A DNA stretch of 59,992 nucleotides from Waddliaceae bacterium (GTDB lineage: Bacteria; Chlamydiota; Chlamydiia; Chlamydiales; SLFE01): positions 1-59,992 of the forward strand of contig CAWAPJ010000016.1 of assembly GCA_963783885.1 (NCBI GenBank), given 5' to 3'. Position 1 is the stretch's first letter. Each line of letters begins with the position of its first letter. Under the pieces are notes generated by a model. That model made no database searches. It was not told where the DNA came from and saw only the letters and a program-made list of their open reading frames with translations. Made by a program: the position numbers and the translations under genes. Positions 9,775 to 19,154 of the stretch are shown here, one piece after another.

Positions 9775-9847
9775 TGGAGCGTAACGGAGTCGAACCGTTG
9801 ACCTCAACAATGCCATTGTTGCGCTCTACCAACTGAGCTAACGCCCC
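9775..9847 (-). tRNA. tRNA-Ala (GGC)
   Basis: GGGGCGTTAGCTCAGTTGGTAGAGCG; anticodon arm CAACA-ATGGCAT-TGTTG; GGTTCGACTCC. Confidence 0.96.
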
Positions 9848-9904
9848 ATTTGAACAGCAAATTATATACGCTTTCAAATTTTCTTGTGAAGAAAAATAAT
9901 CGTG

Positions 9905-9934
9905 TTGCAAAAAAAGACCAGCTGGGGATATAGT
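9905..9934 (+). promoter_or_regulatory. Putative sigma66 promoter for tRNA-Gly/rpsB
   Basis: TTGCAA-N18-TATAGT. Confidence 0.5.
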
Positions 9935-9957
9935 TGATTTTCAAATTGCTTTTTTAA

Positions 9958-10028
9958 GCGCCTGTAGTTCAATGGTAGAACAGTAGCCTTCCAAGCTACG
10001 AGTGTCAGTTCGATTCTGATCAGGCGCT
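9958..10028 (+). tRNA. tRNA-Gly (TCC)
   Basis: GCGCCTG acceptor stem; anticodon arm GTAGC-CTTCCAA-GCTAC; GTTCGATTC T-loop. Confidence 0.95.
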
Positions 10029-10164
10029 TTTTTTCTTTAAAATCAATTCCGACTCATGTAAAATTTTCACATAAGACCCGGAAACCGGGTTTAAAAATAA
10101 GATTAACCAAAGCCCAATCTTGCCGAGTTGCAAGATGCCGGCGTCAAACAAGAGGTGACAAGGC

Positions 10165-10989
10165 TTGGCAGCTAAACAAGAACTTACAATTAAAGAATTA
10201 TTAGAAGCGGGCGCTCATTTGGGACACCAGACAGTCTCGCTGGAATCCGAAAATGAAGCGCTTCATCTACGAGTCGCGCAACGGAATCAACATCATTGAC
10301 CTTGCCAAAACATTGCAGCAGATTCGCAATGCCGTCGAAGTGGTCAAGGATACCGTATCTCAAAGCAAAATCGGTTTTGTTTGTCGGAACTAAGAAGCAG
10401 GCGAAACAAGTCATTCGCGAATGCGCCGAAACTTGCGGCGAATTTTATGTGTGCGAAAGATGGCTTGGAGGAATGCTCACAAACCTTTCGACAATTCGTC
10501 AGTCGATAAAAAAGCTCGAGCGTATTCGAAAAAAGAATCGCTGCCGGCGGAGAAGGGTTGACGAAGAAAGAAATCACTCTTATGGCAAAACAACTGGAGA
10601 AGCTCGATAAAAACCTTTCCGGCGTTCGCGCTATGCGGAAGCTGCCCGGACTGGTGATTGTCGTCGATCCCAACAAGGAACACATTGCCGTTGCCGAAGC
10701 TAAAAAACTGGGCATTCCTGTTATGGCCCTTGTCGATACCAACTGCGATCCGGATCCGATCGACTATATCATTGCCTGCAATGACGATGCGCTCAAGAGC
10801 GTCAAGTTGATTGTTCAGACATTGGCCAATGCTGTGGTTGAGAAAAAGAACGAACTTCGCGTTGCCTCCGGAAAAAAAGATGACTCCGAGGAGAAGCCGG
10901 AAGACGGGTTTGCAGGTGAAAAAGACGAGGATAGCCACGAAGGCTTGGAAGCCGAAGAAAAAGCGTCAATAAGCGAGGAGGCAGAATGA
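10165..10989 (+). CDS. rpsB: 30S ribosomal protein S2, frameshifted three times in this sequence
   Basis: TTG start after [21 protein letters not shown] / SRWNPKM..FIY / [10 protein letters not shown] / [10 protein letters not shown] / VDTNCDPD recovered only after removing extra bases near 10234, 10365 and 10527. Confidence 0.93.
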
Positions 10990-11822
10990 TGAGCGTTGAT
11001 ATTACACCGGAAATGATCAAAGAGCTTCGAGGCCGTACCGGTGTCGGTGTTGCGAAATGCAAGGAAGCGCTTTCCGAAGCTTCCGGAGACATTGAAGATG
11101 CGATCAACTATCTGAGGAAAACCGGATTGGCCTCGGCAGTTAAAAAGGCCGGCCGGGAAGCCAAGGAAGGAAAGATCATGACTGCCGAAACAGATGATTG
11201 CATCGCCCTGGTCGAGGTTTGTGCCGAGACTGATTTCGTCGCCAATAACGATCAGTTTATTGAATTTGCCCAAAATATTGCCGAAGAAGCGGCGAAAACC
11301 AAGCCCTCTTCCGTTCAGGATTTTTCGTCTCAAAAATACTCGAATGATCCTTCGATTACGATCGATGAATATCGAGGGACTCTTGTTCAGGCAATCGGTG
11401 AGAATATTCAAATAAAACGATTTCTGATATTTGATAAAGCTTCCAAAAAATCGATCGGCGTTTACTCGCATATGGGCGGTAAGATCGTGACGGTGGTTGA
11501 AATGACAGGTGGATCGGAAGAGCTTGCCAAGGAAGTGGCTATGCATGCCGCTGCCGCCGCTCCCGACTATTTGTCGCCGGAAACTGTTCCCGAAGCTGTC
11601 AAGGAACAGGAAAAAGAGATCGCTCGCGGACAGCTTACCGGCAAACCCGAGCACATTATGGATAAAATCCTCGATGGAAAAATCAATGCGTTTTATGATG
11701 ATGTTTGCTTATTGAGGCAAAAATACATTAGAGATGACAGCGTGAGTGTCGCGGATTATGTAAAATCAAAAAGTTCGGATGCAGTTGTCACAAATTTCAT
11801 TCGCTGGTCTGTCGGCGAGTAA
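10986..11822 (+). CDS. tsf: Elongation factor Ts
   Basis: [16 protein letters not shown] and ETDFVA motifs; follows rpsB. Confidence 0.97.
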   Translation: MMSVDITPEMIKELRGRTGVGVAKCKEALSEASGDIEDAINYLRKTGLASAVKKAGREAKEGKIMTAETDDCIALVEVCAETDFVANNDQFIEFAQNIAEEAAKTKPSSVQDFSSQKYSNDPSITIDEYRGTLVQAIGENIQIKRFLIFDKASKKSIGVYSHMGGKIVTVVEMTGGSEELAKEVAMHAAAAAPDYLSPETVPEAVKEQEKEIARGQLTGKPEHIMDKILDGKINAFYDDVCLLRQKYIRDDSVSVADYVKSKSSDAVVTNFIRWSVGE

Positions 11823-11850
11823 AAACGCAAGGTTCGGGGCTTGAAAGCCA

Positions 11851-12567
11851 ATGAGTGAGACACCAAAACGCATACTGTTGAAATTATCAGGTGAAGTTTT
11901 AAAAGGTTCTCAGCATATGGGGATATGCCACCGAACCTGTCAAAAACTGGCCGCTGCCGTAAAATCCCTCGCCGACAACAAAATACAGCTAGGCATTGTT
12001 ATCGGCGGGGGAAATTTTTTCCGCGGTTCCGAAGAAGCGGCTGCAGGTTTGCCGCGCACCCCTGCCGATCACATCGGAATGATCGCCACTTTGATGAATG
12101 GCATTGTTCTCAAACACGCTTTTAAAGAAGCGGGCTGCAAATCCCGGGTGCTCAGCGGCCTTGAATGCCCTACAGCAGTTGAGACGTATAACTGGCAAAA
12201 GGCCATGGAATACCTCACAGCCGGGGAGATTGTGATTTTTGTGGGCGGCACAGGCAGTCCCTATTTCACAACCGATACTGCCGCTGCTCTTAGAGCCAGT
12301 GAAATTCAGGCTGATTTTCTGTTAAAAGCGACAAAAGTGGATGGTGTTTATTCCAAAGATCCAATGAAGCATTCGGATGCAAAAAGATACGATCGGATTC
12401 CCTATAGCAGGGTTTTGGAAGAAAATCTCAAAGTCATGGACGCATCAGCCTTTGCCCTTTGCCAAAGCAGTCAAATTCCTATTTTAGTGTTCAATATGGA
12501 TCTTTTGATGACGGAAAAACCTGTTGATTTTGGCAAGATTCAAAATTCTGGAAGTTTGGTTTATTGA
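11851..12567 (+). CDS. pyrH: UMP kinase
   Basis: RILLKLSGE, GGGNFFRG, GTGSPYFTTDTAAALRA. Confidence 0.97.
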   Translation: MSETPKRILLKLSGEVLKGSQHMGICHRTCQKLAAAVKSLADNKIQLGIVIGGGNFFRGSEEAAAGLPRTPADHIGMIATLMNGIVLKHAFKEAGCKSRVLSGLECPTAVETYNWQKAMEYLTAGEIVIFVGGTGSPYFTTDTAAALRASEIQADFLLKATKVDGVYSKDPMKHSDAKRYDRIPYSRVLEENLKVMDASAFALCQSSQIPILVFNMDLLMTEKPVDFGKIQNSGSLVY

Positions 12568-12576
12568 GGAGAAAAT

Positions 12577-13119
12577 ATGCTGACAAAAGAAGAAACGGAA
12601 AAGCGGATGAAGACCGCACTAGATTATTTAGATAATGAGCTGAAAAATATCCGCACAGGAAGGGCCAATCCTGCCATGGTGGAAAACGTTAAGGTAGAAG
12701 TTTATGGAACCCAAATGCGCCTTATGGATATCGCGACCATCAGCTCTCCTGAACCTATGCAGATTCTCATCGCTCCGTTTGATGTTCAAAATACAGCGGC
12801 GATTGGCAAGGGGATCGAAAAGGCTAACATCGGGTTTAATTCCATAGTGGAAGGCAATGTCGTCCGCATCAATATCCCTCCCATGGATGGGCAGATGAGG
12901 GAGAAAATGAAAAAACTCGTTCATGAACTTTGCGAGCAAACGAAAATTAAGGTGCGCCAGGCGCGCAAAGAAGCCAATGATGCTATAAAAGCGAACAAAG
13001 ACTTCTCCGAAGATGAGCGCAAAAGCCAAGAAAAAGTGATACAGGAATTGACCGACAAATACTGCGATATAGCGGATAAACATGCGGAAAAGAAGGAAGG
13101 AGAGATCTCCAACATTTAA
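12577..13119 (+). CDS. frr: Ribosome recycling factor
   Basis: IRTGRANP motif; canonical rpsB-tsf-pyrH-frr order. Confidence 0.97.
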   Translation: MLTKEETEKRMKTALDYLDNELKNIRTGRANPAMVENVKVEVYGTQMRLMDIATISSPEPMQILIAPFDVQNTAAIGKGIEKANIGFNSIVEGNVVRINIPPMDGQMREKMKKLVHELCEQTKIKVRQARKEANDAIKANKDFSEDERKSQEKVIQELTDKYCDIADKHAEKKEGEISNI

Positions 13120-13133
13120 TCGGATAATTTGGA

Positions 13134-13230
13134 CAGCCTGTCGCCCCATCTTCGTCCTCAAATGCTCTCGCCAAAGTCGATCAGACAACGCTCCCTAAGC
13201 ATTTGTGAACGAATCTGGAGCAACCTGCTG
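13134..13230 (-). repeat. 97-nt imperfect palindrome (small RNA or palindromic repeat element)
   Basis: 33-nt arms with 25 Watson-Crick matches; three further positions are G.U pairs on the minus strand. Confidence 0.6.
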
Positions 13231-13288
13231 CTAAAGCTTGCTCTGTGAGAAATGCGGAGTAAAATGAGAATAAATTCGGGTTAACCCC

Positions 13289-13317
13289 TTGTGTAAAAAA
13301 CCCCCACTGTGTATGAT
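13289..13317 (+). promoter_or_regulatory. Putative sigma66 promoter of tRNA-Glu/Lys
   Basis: TTGTGT-N17-TATGAT. Confidence 0.55.
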
Positions 13318-13336
13318 AAACATCTTTCGTTATGAC

Positions 13337-13411
13337 GGCCCCATCGTCTAGTCAGGCCTAGGACATCGGATTTTCATTCCGGTAACAGGGGTTCGAATCC
13401 CCTTGGGGTCA
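13337..13411 (+). tRNA. tRNA-Glu (TTC)
   Basis: GGCCCCATCGTCTAG; anticodon loop TTTTCAT; GGTTCGAATCC. Confidence 0.95.
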
Positions 13412-13416
13412 TAATT

Positions 13417-13489
13417 GGGTCTTTAGCTCAGTTGGTAGAGCACCTCACTTTTAATGAGGGGGTCGAAGGTTCGAGTCCTTCAAGACCCA
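13417..13489 (+). tRNA. tRNA-Lys (TTT)
   Basis: GGGTCTTTAGCTCAG; CCTCA-CTTTTAA-TGAGG; GGTTCGAGTCC. Confidence 0.96.
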
Positions 13490-13640
13490 ATTCTTTTGAC
13501 TTTAAAGTTATCGTTTTCCTATATTGCGGCTAAAGAGCCACTTGCAAAAACTCAAGTGGTTTATTTTGTTGATATTTGTTTTTCCTCTTCCCTTATGAAT
13601 CCTGCCTTTGGGGATGGAGAAGCCTTAGGAGACGGTGGTT

Positions 13641-14174
13641 ATGGCGGAAAATTCAAAAAAATCCCGGTCGGAAGATCGACCACTGGAATGCAGTGAGTGT
13701 AAAAAGCCGATTTCCGTGCGTTATACGGAAGTCGTTGGGCATACGATCGTTCATACTGTGATGTGTGCCGACTGCCCTCATTTGGAACATCGGCTTCATG
13801 GCATACCAGCTCACGAAAAACCCGAAAATCAGGCAGCTGCAGGACTCGCCTGCGGCAATTGCGGGACAACTCTTCAGTCGGTAAAAATGGGAAGTTATCT
13901 CGGGTGTGCAGACTGTTATGAAGTTTTCGGAGATGTGCTCTTGGGAGAATTCGTTGCCATGTGTAAAATTCCCGCCCGTCTTGCCTCTACAAAAAAATCG
14001 ACTCCCATCCACATCGGCCGCGCTAGCGGAGAGGTGAAGGAAATGACCCCTTCAGTTCGTTTGCTTGCGCTCAATGAAGCCCTTTCGGAAACACTGCAGC
14101 GGGAAGATTATGAACAAGCTGCATGGCTAAGAGATCAGATAAATGAAATTACGGAGTCCGATAATGACAAGTAA
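13641..14174 (+). CDS. mcsA: McsA-like protein (CXXC motifs plus UvrB/UvrC motif)
   Basis: Four CXXC motifs; C-terminal EDYEQAAWLRDQI; coupled to mcsB. Confidence 0.88.
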   Translation: MAENSKKSRSEDRPLECSECKKPISVRYTEVVGHTIVHTVMCADCPHLEHRLHGIPAHEKPENQAAAGLACGNCGTTLQSVKMGSYLGCADCYEVFGDVLLGEFVAMCKIPARLASTKKSTPIHIGRASGEVKEMTPSVRLLALNEALSETLQREDYEQAAWLRDQINEITESDNDK

Positions 14175-15231
14175 TGAGCTGCAGGTATTAAAAAATATCA
14201 GCCCCTGGGATCACAATGACAATCCTATCTGGCTGGCTTCGCAGCTAAAACTCCAGAGAAATATTGAAAAATTTAATTTTCCTCAAAAATTGACCACTCA
14301 AAAAGGAAACCAGCTTGTCTCTCTTTTGACCAATGAACTTCACTCGCTAAAGGAAGTGGGAAACCTCAATGTTTTAATGGCCGACAGCACTACCCCTCTT
14401 GACAAAGAGTATATTTACGAACACTTCCTCGCCAGTAATGGATTTGTTCATGCTCATACCGGAGAAGCTTTTGTCATTGATGAGTCGGGCCGTTTTTTTT
14501 CAACCATCAATCTGGGCGACCACCTCCATTTTTACTACATCGATACTCAAGGGGATCTGGAAAACTCCTGCAACAAACTAGAAGGAATAGAAGTCAAACT
14601 TGGCAAGAGGCTTAAATACAGCTATTCCCACCGTTTTGGTTTTTTGACTGCCGATCCTGCCGACTGCGGAACGGCCTTTACGCTGTCGGTCTTTTTGCAG
14701 CTTCCTGCTTTGATTCATACTCATGAATTGGATGAATTTTTGCTTCAGCATCAGGATGATTCCCTAATAACAACCGGATTGCAGGGGACTCTGGATGAGA
14801 TTACAGGAGACTTGCTTGTTATCCGCAACAACTACACTCTCGGAGTCTCCGAGGAGTCGATCCTTTCATCAGTAAGAAGCTATACGACAAAATTGATTGT
14901 TCACGAGCAGGGCAAACGGAAGAAACTTCAGGAAGAAGACTGCCCTGTAATGAAGGATAAAGTCAGCCGGGCGTATGGTGTTCTTGTTCATTCTTATCAG
15001 ATAGATGCTAAAGAAGCTTTAAATGCGATTAGTCTTTTAAAACTTGGAGTTTCATTAGGCTGGATGACAGGCGTTTCCATAAAAGAACTCAATTCTCTCT
15101 TTTTTAGATGCCGCAGGGCGCACCTCATCGTAGAGCACGGGGCTGAACTCACTAAAGAAGAGATCCCGCATAAGAGGGCTGAATACATCCATTCGATATT
15201 GAATAAAGCAAAGCTTCATATTGAAGAATGA
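14164..15231 (+). CDS. mcsB: Protein arginine kinase McsB (ATP:guanido phosphotransferase; chlamydial KarG)
   Basis: FGFLTADP.DCGT, LQLPAL, NNYTLGVSEE, DKVSRAYG motifs. Confidence 0.88.
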   Translation: MTSNELQVLKNISPWDHNDNPIWLASQLKLQRNIEKFNFPQKLTTQKGNQLVSLLTNELHSLKEVGNLNVLMADSTTPLDKEYIYEHFLASNGFVHAHTGEAFVIDESGRFFSTINLGDHLHFYYIDTQGDLENSCNKLEGIEVKLGKRLKYSYSHRFGFLTADPADCGTAFTLSVFLQLPALIHTHELDEFLLQHQDDSLITTGLQGTLDEITGDLLVIRNNYTLGVSEESILSSVRSYTTKLIVHEQGKRKKLQEEDCPVMKDKVSRAYGVLVHSYQIDAKEALNAISLLKLGVSLGWMTGVSIKELNSLFFRCRRAHLIVEHGAELTKEEIPHKRAEYIHSILNKAKLHIEE

Positions 15232-15887
15232 ATACCTCAGACTATCAAGCCTATTCGAATCTTTGGACAATTATCTCCAAGGACATCACTTCGAATATAT
15301 GGCTTGAAACCTTTACCTATCGTTTTACCCAAGCCGATATTGTTGAAAACACTGAGGACGATGATGGCCGATTGTCTCCTAAAGTTATAGACTCCATTAT
15401 CTGCCATCTCAGAAAACTCGGCTATCAAACCCGATATCGTTTATTGGAGGAAAAAAAACATGAACTGTCAGTCATCTTTCCCAAAGAGAATGTGCCCAAC
15501 ATGCATAATGACTCTCAATTAGATTGTTTAGCTGTCAGCACTCTTTTTGAAAAAAGAAAAAAGGCTATTAGAGAAAATCAGAAAATAGCTGCCAATATAT
15601 CCATAGGTTATACAAAGCTTGCAAAGCCAAGGAATGATGTCGTCTTTGCTCTGGAAAATTTTTCTGATGAATCGATTGCGTATATTGTTGAAAAGCTCAG
15701 GAAAGCATTTAGAAAAAAAAGTATTATCCATACAACAAGCAAAAAGTGTTTCGAAATCAACGACAAGGTGAGGAAATACGATTATATTTTGATGAAAAAG
15801 AATTCGGAAAACGACAAATGCACTTTATTAGCAAAGCGTATCACTTATCGCATCACTGCTTCCCAACATAAACTCCCAGCCAAATGA
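15228..15887 (+). CDS. Hypothetical protein
   Basis: 219-aa ORF with ATGA overlap to mcsB; AT-rich; no recognisable motif. Confidence 0.55.
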   Translation: MNTSDYQAYSNLWTIISKDITSNIWLETFTYRFTQADIVENTEDDDGRLSPKVIDSIICHLRKLGYQTRYRLLEEKKHELSVIFPKENVPNMHNDSQLDCLAVSTLFEKRKKAIRENQKIAANISIGYTKLAKPRNDVVFALENFSDESIAYIVEKLRKAFRKKSIIHTTSKKCFEINDKVRKYDYILMKKNSENDKCTLLAKRITYRITASQHKLPAK

Positions 15888-16302
15888 AATAGATCATAAT
15901 GCTGGCCATGATGCAGGCGTAAAAGATGCTTTTAAAAGGAAAATCGCTTTCAAGCGCTGACCAATGCGGCGATTTTGGCGCATACCAAACGACCCATTCT
16001 CTTTCAGCTTGTATTTTGGGAAGATCCTCTTCAAGGAATTTTTTCCGGAAATAATTGATGGATCGAAGATCTTCACGACCTTCATATTCGTTTCCATTAA
16101 CGTTATAAGAATATCGGACTGAAGGAAAGTAAGAATTTTTCGAATGCTTTTTTACAGACAAAGCGATCGTATGAGGTTCTGTTATTCCAGATAAGCTATA
16201 GAAACTATAAACTTCCCATGAAGCTTTGCCGGCAAACCAGACAGTTGCTAAGACGACAATTCCCAATAGTCCCAACCAGAGAGAATTTTTATGCATGCCC
16301 AA
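15853..16302 (-). CDS. Two-TM membrane protein (DUF3592-like)
   Basis: TM - 'YFPSVRYSYNVNGNEY...VVWYAPKSP..S.L' - TM. Confidence 0.7.
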   Translation of the reverse strand: MGMHKNSLWLGLLGIVVLATVWFAGKASWEVYSFYSLSGITEPHTIALSVKKHSKNSYFPSVRYSYNVNGNEYEGREDLRSINYFRKKFLEEDLPKIQAEREWVVWYAPKSPHWSALESDFPFKSIFYACIMASIMIYFIWLGVYVGKQ

Positions 16303-17116
16303 ACTCCTTTGGAAGAGGAGAGGTGAAGCTCATGGTTTTTCCCGAAATCGGATGAGTGAACTCAAGATATTGCGCGTGAAGAAGGAGCCTGCGTGCGGGC
16401 ATATGAGAAGGTCCGTATTTTTTATCTCCGACAACCGGATGTCCGGAGTCATTGCAGTGTACCCGAATTTGATTCTTTTTCCCCGTTTCCAGATTCAGTT
16501 GCAAATAAGAAGTCTTGTTTGTTGATTTGACGACGGAGTAGTGGGTGATGGCCATCTTGCCTTTTTTGGGATCTTTTGTGGTGTAAACTTTGTAATTTTT
16601 ATCTTCCGAGAGCCGGCTTTTCCATGTCCCTTTCTTTTCAGTCATGCGGCCTTCTACAATTGCGAAATATTGCCTGACAATCGAATGTTTTTCAAATTGT
16701 TTTTTTAAGTGGTCCCTGGCTTCTTCTGTGAGAGCGAACACCATGGCTCCCGAAGTTTCTCTGTCCAGCCGATGGACAGGAAAAACTTTTTGAGGACGAT
16801 GAACCTCTTTAAGAAAGGCATGCGCGGTTTTCCCTTTTTCATAGGGCGTCGCGACGCTTAGAATTCCCGTCGGTTTATCGATAACGACTATGTGGCGGTC
16901 GCTATAGAGGATTTTAATGCCCTCTGATTTACTTTTTCCCTTCAGCGACACTACCTGCCCTTTATCGACGGGCTGAGACCCGATTTTGCGCACTTTTCCG
17001 TTGACCAGGACCCTTCCCTTCTTTAGCCAGGAGCGTAAAGACGATTTGGAGCTGTCCGGCGCCATTTTGGAAAGAACGTCAAAGAGAGGCTGGCTGTCTT
17101 CAGCTGTGTATTTCAT
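16289..17116 (-). CDS. RluA/RluD-family pseudouridine synthase with S4 domain
   Basis: VHRLDRETSG, LETGKKNQIRVH, GHPVVGDKKYG, LHA. Confidence 0.95.
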   Translation of the reverse strand: MKYTAEDSQPLFDVLSKMAPDSSKSSLRSWLKKGRVLVNGKVRKIGSQPVDKGQVVSLKGKSKSEGIKILYSDRHIVVIDKPTGILSVATPYEKGKTAHAFLKEVHRPQKVFPVHRLDRETSGAMVFALTEEARDHLKKQFEKHSIVRQYFAIVEGRMTEKKGTWKSRLSEDKNYKVYTTKDPKKGKMAITHYSVVKSTNKTSYLQLNLETGKKNQIRVHCNDSGHPVVGDKKYGPSHMPARRLLLHAQYLEFTHPISGKTMSFTSPLPKEFGHA

Positions 17117-17166
17117 AGTAAAATCTTAACATAAACCTGAATAAAATCAGAGAAGTGGGAAACATT

Positions 17167-17195
17167 TTGACGAATTTTGTCCAATTCTTTATAAT
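17167..17195 (+). promoter_or_regulatory. sigma66 promoter of rpsT
   Basis: TTGACG-N17-TATAAT. Confidence 0.75.
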
Positions 17196-17235
17196 TTAAA
17201 TTCCATTAAAAAAAGTTAAAAAATTATGAGGAAAA

Positions 17236-17523
17236 ATGGCTGACGATAAAGCAAAGAAGAAAAACAAAAGACCTACTGCCGAAAAACGGATGATTCAAAA
17301 TGAAAAGCGGCGGAAGCAAAATAAAATTTTGAAATCAAAGATCAGGACATCGATCCGTCGATTCGAAGAATCGTTAAAGTCTGGTGAGCAGGATAAGGTT
17401 CAGGAGCGCTTAAGCCTTGTTTACGGCATTGTGGACAAAGCGGTTAAGCAGGGGATTTTTAAGCTTAACAAAGCCAGCCGCATCAAGTCTCGGCTGACTG
17501 CCAAAGCTGCCCAGCAAGCATAA
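17236..17523 (+). CDS. rpsT: 30S ribosomal protein S20
   Basis: AEKRMIQNEKRR..N..KS..RT; DKAVKQG.FK.NKASR.KSRL. Confidence 0.96.
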   Translation: MADDKAKKKNKRPTAEKRMIQNEKRRKQNKILKSKIRTSIRRFEESLKSGEQDKVQERLSLVYGIVDKAVKQGIFKLNKASRIKSRLTAKAAQQA

Positions 17524-17534
17524 AAGGAATATAA

Positions 17535-19154
17535 ATGCAGTCCGTTAAAAAAATAATTTACGCCGGTTCTTTTCTGGCGCTGTTATTTGTTTCTTTTTAT
17601 CTTTGTTCTGCTGAAAGGGAGCCCGATCTGACGATCGCCATCCCTATGAGGGACGGTGTGAAACTGCCTACCGATATTTACCTGTCAAAAGAAAACCCTA
17701 AAAACTGTCCTTTGATTCTCATAAGAACTCCTTCAGGTCGGCAGGAGTTTTCCGAATCCTTTATCCACCTGGCGGATTCGGGTTATGTCGTGGCAATTCA
17801 GGATGCCAGAAATTCTTTGGATAAGACCGGAAAGGCCCTGCCGTGGATAACGGATGGCTGGGGGGAGCTTAGGGACGGGTATGATACTGTCGAATGGCTC
17901 TCCAAAAGTCCTTATTCTAACGGAAAAATAGGCACCATGGGTTTTTCCGCGATGGGTATGACTCAATTATTGATGGCTCCGACTGCTCCTGAAGGCCTCC
18001 ATGCTCAATACATAGGTTTTGCCGCTTCCCATATGTATCATCACGCTATGTATATGGGCGGCGCCATGAAGAAAAATCAGGTTGAAGGATGGCTTGGCTG
18101 CTACGCAAGCGATCCTTCAGTTCTCAAATTTGTCACTTGTCTTGGAGAAGACAGCCTGTTCTGGCAATGCGGCGACTGCCTGTCCCAAGCCCACCTTGTG
18201 AATACTCCCGCTCTTCATTACGGCGGCTGGTACGACACATTCTCCCAAGGAACCATCGACGCTTTTATGGCTGTGCAGGAAAAGGGAAAAGGCAAGGCGA
18301 AGGGAAAACAAATACTTGTCATGGGCCCCTGGACACATCACTGGCCCAGAAGCCTGAAGTTCGGGGATTTCGAAATTCCGAAAAACGGTGTGAAGCCCCC
18401 TTTCGATACCTCGGCGAAAAATTGGTTTGATTTTCAGCTTAAGGGAGAGGAAAATGAAATCTCCCAGCTTCCGGCGGTCATCTATTACACTCTAGGACCT
18501 CTTGATGGGTCGGAAGGAGTAGGAAATGAATGGAAATCGGCCGATTCCTGGCCGATACCAAACAAGCCAAGGGATTTCTATCTAAGTTCGGATGATAGGC
18601 TGACTCCGGGGAAGCGGAAAGAATCGCATAGCGTGTCCTTTCGTTATGATCCCCGAAATCCTGTTCCCACAATAGGAGGGAGGAACCTATTCATCGACTC
18701 GGGACCGAGAGATCAACAAGCAATCGAAAAAAGAGACGATGTCATAATTTTTACGACCGAACCTTTAAAGCAGAATCTGGAAGTTACAGGAAGAATACAT
18801 GCTTCTATCTATTTTGAAACCGATAAAAAAGATACCGATGTTGTCGTTCGCCTAATGGATGTCTATCCCGACGGAAAAAGCGTCTTGATAGTTGACGGTA
18901 TTCGGAGACTGTCGTCTATTAAGGGCTTTAAGCCGGAAAAGCCAGTTAGAGCTGATATCGATATGTGGTCAACGAGTCAGATTTTTGCTAAAGGTCATCG
19001 CATTAGAGTCTCTATCAGCAGCTCCAACTATCCGCAATTCGATATTAATTTTAACAATGGTGTCGGACCTCAGTCTGAACCTGAAATCGCCATGAATACG
19101 ATTCATTTTGGTGAGAAGACCCCATCGAAAGTCACCTTGCCTGTCGTCAATTGA
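17535..19154 (+). CDS. Exported CocE/NonD-family hydrolase (S15 peptidase-like)
   Basis: IPMRDGVKL..DIY, DGYDTVEWL, nucleophile elbow GFSAMG, GGWYD, GPWTH, PepX-C-like C-terminus. Confidence 0.9.
   Translation: MQSVKKIIYAGSFLALLFVSFYLCSAEREPDLTIAIPMRDGVKLPTDIYLSKENPKNCPLILIRTPSGRQEFSESFIHLADSGYVVAIQDARNSLDKTGKALPWITDGWGELRDGYDTVEWLSKSPYSNGKIGTMGFSAMGMTQLLMAPTAPEGLHAQYIGFAASHMYHHAMYMGGAMKKNQVEGWLGCYASDPSVLKFVTCLGEDSLFWQCGDCLSQAHLVNTPALHYGGWYDTFSQGTIDAFMAVQEKGKGKAKGKQILVMGPWTHHWPRSLKFGDFEIPKNGVKPPFDTSAKNWFDFQLKGEENEISQLPAVIYYTLGPLDGSEGVGNEWKSADSWPIPNKPRDFYLSSDDRLTPGKRKESHSVSFRYDPRNPVPTIGGRNLFIDSGPRDQQAIEKRDDVIIFTTEPLKQNLEVTGRIHASIYFETDKKDTDVVVRLMDVYPDGKSVLIVDGIRRLSSIKGFKPEKPVRADIDMWSTSQIFAKGHRIRVSISSSNYPQFDINFNNGVGPQSEPEIAMNTIHFGEKTPSKVTLPVVN

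Noticed and set aside
9686-9910. 74-aa ORF (also 13454-13696)
   Set aside because: Overlaps tRNA genes; spurious translation
13134-13230. Assignment of this hairpin as SRP RNA or 6S RNA
   Set aside because: No SRP helix-8 motif with GGAA tetraloop; too short and lacking the 6S terminal stem
13533-13551. AAGAGCCACTTGCAAAAAC nearly matches the reverse complement of the IS903 remnant junction at about 57049-57068
   Set aside because: Short match; the second copy is explained by the deletion junction and the first lies in a small terminator-like hairpin after tRNA-Lys
13641-15231. mcsA-mcsB without adjacent ctsR or clpC
   Set aside because: This is the usual chlamydial arrangement after frr, not a novelty
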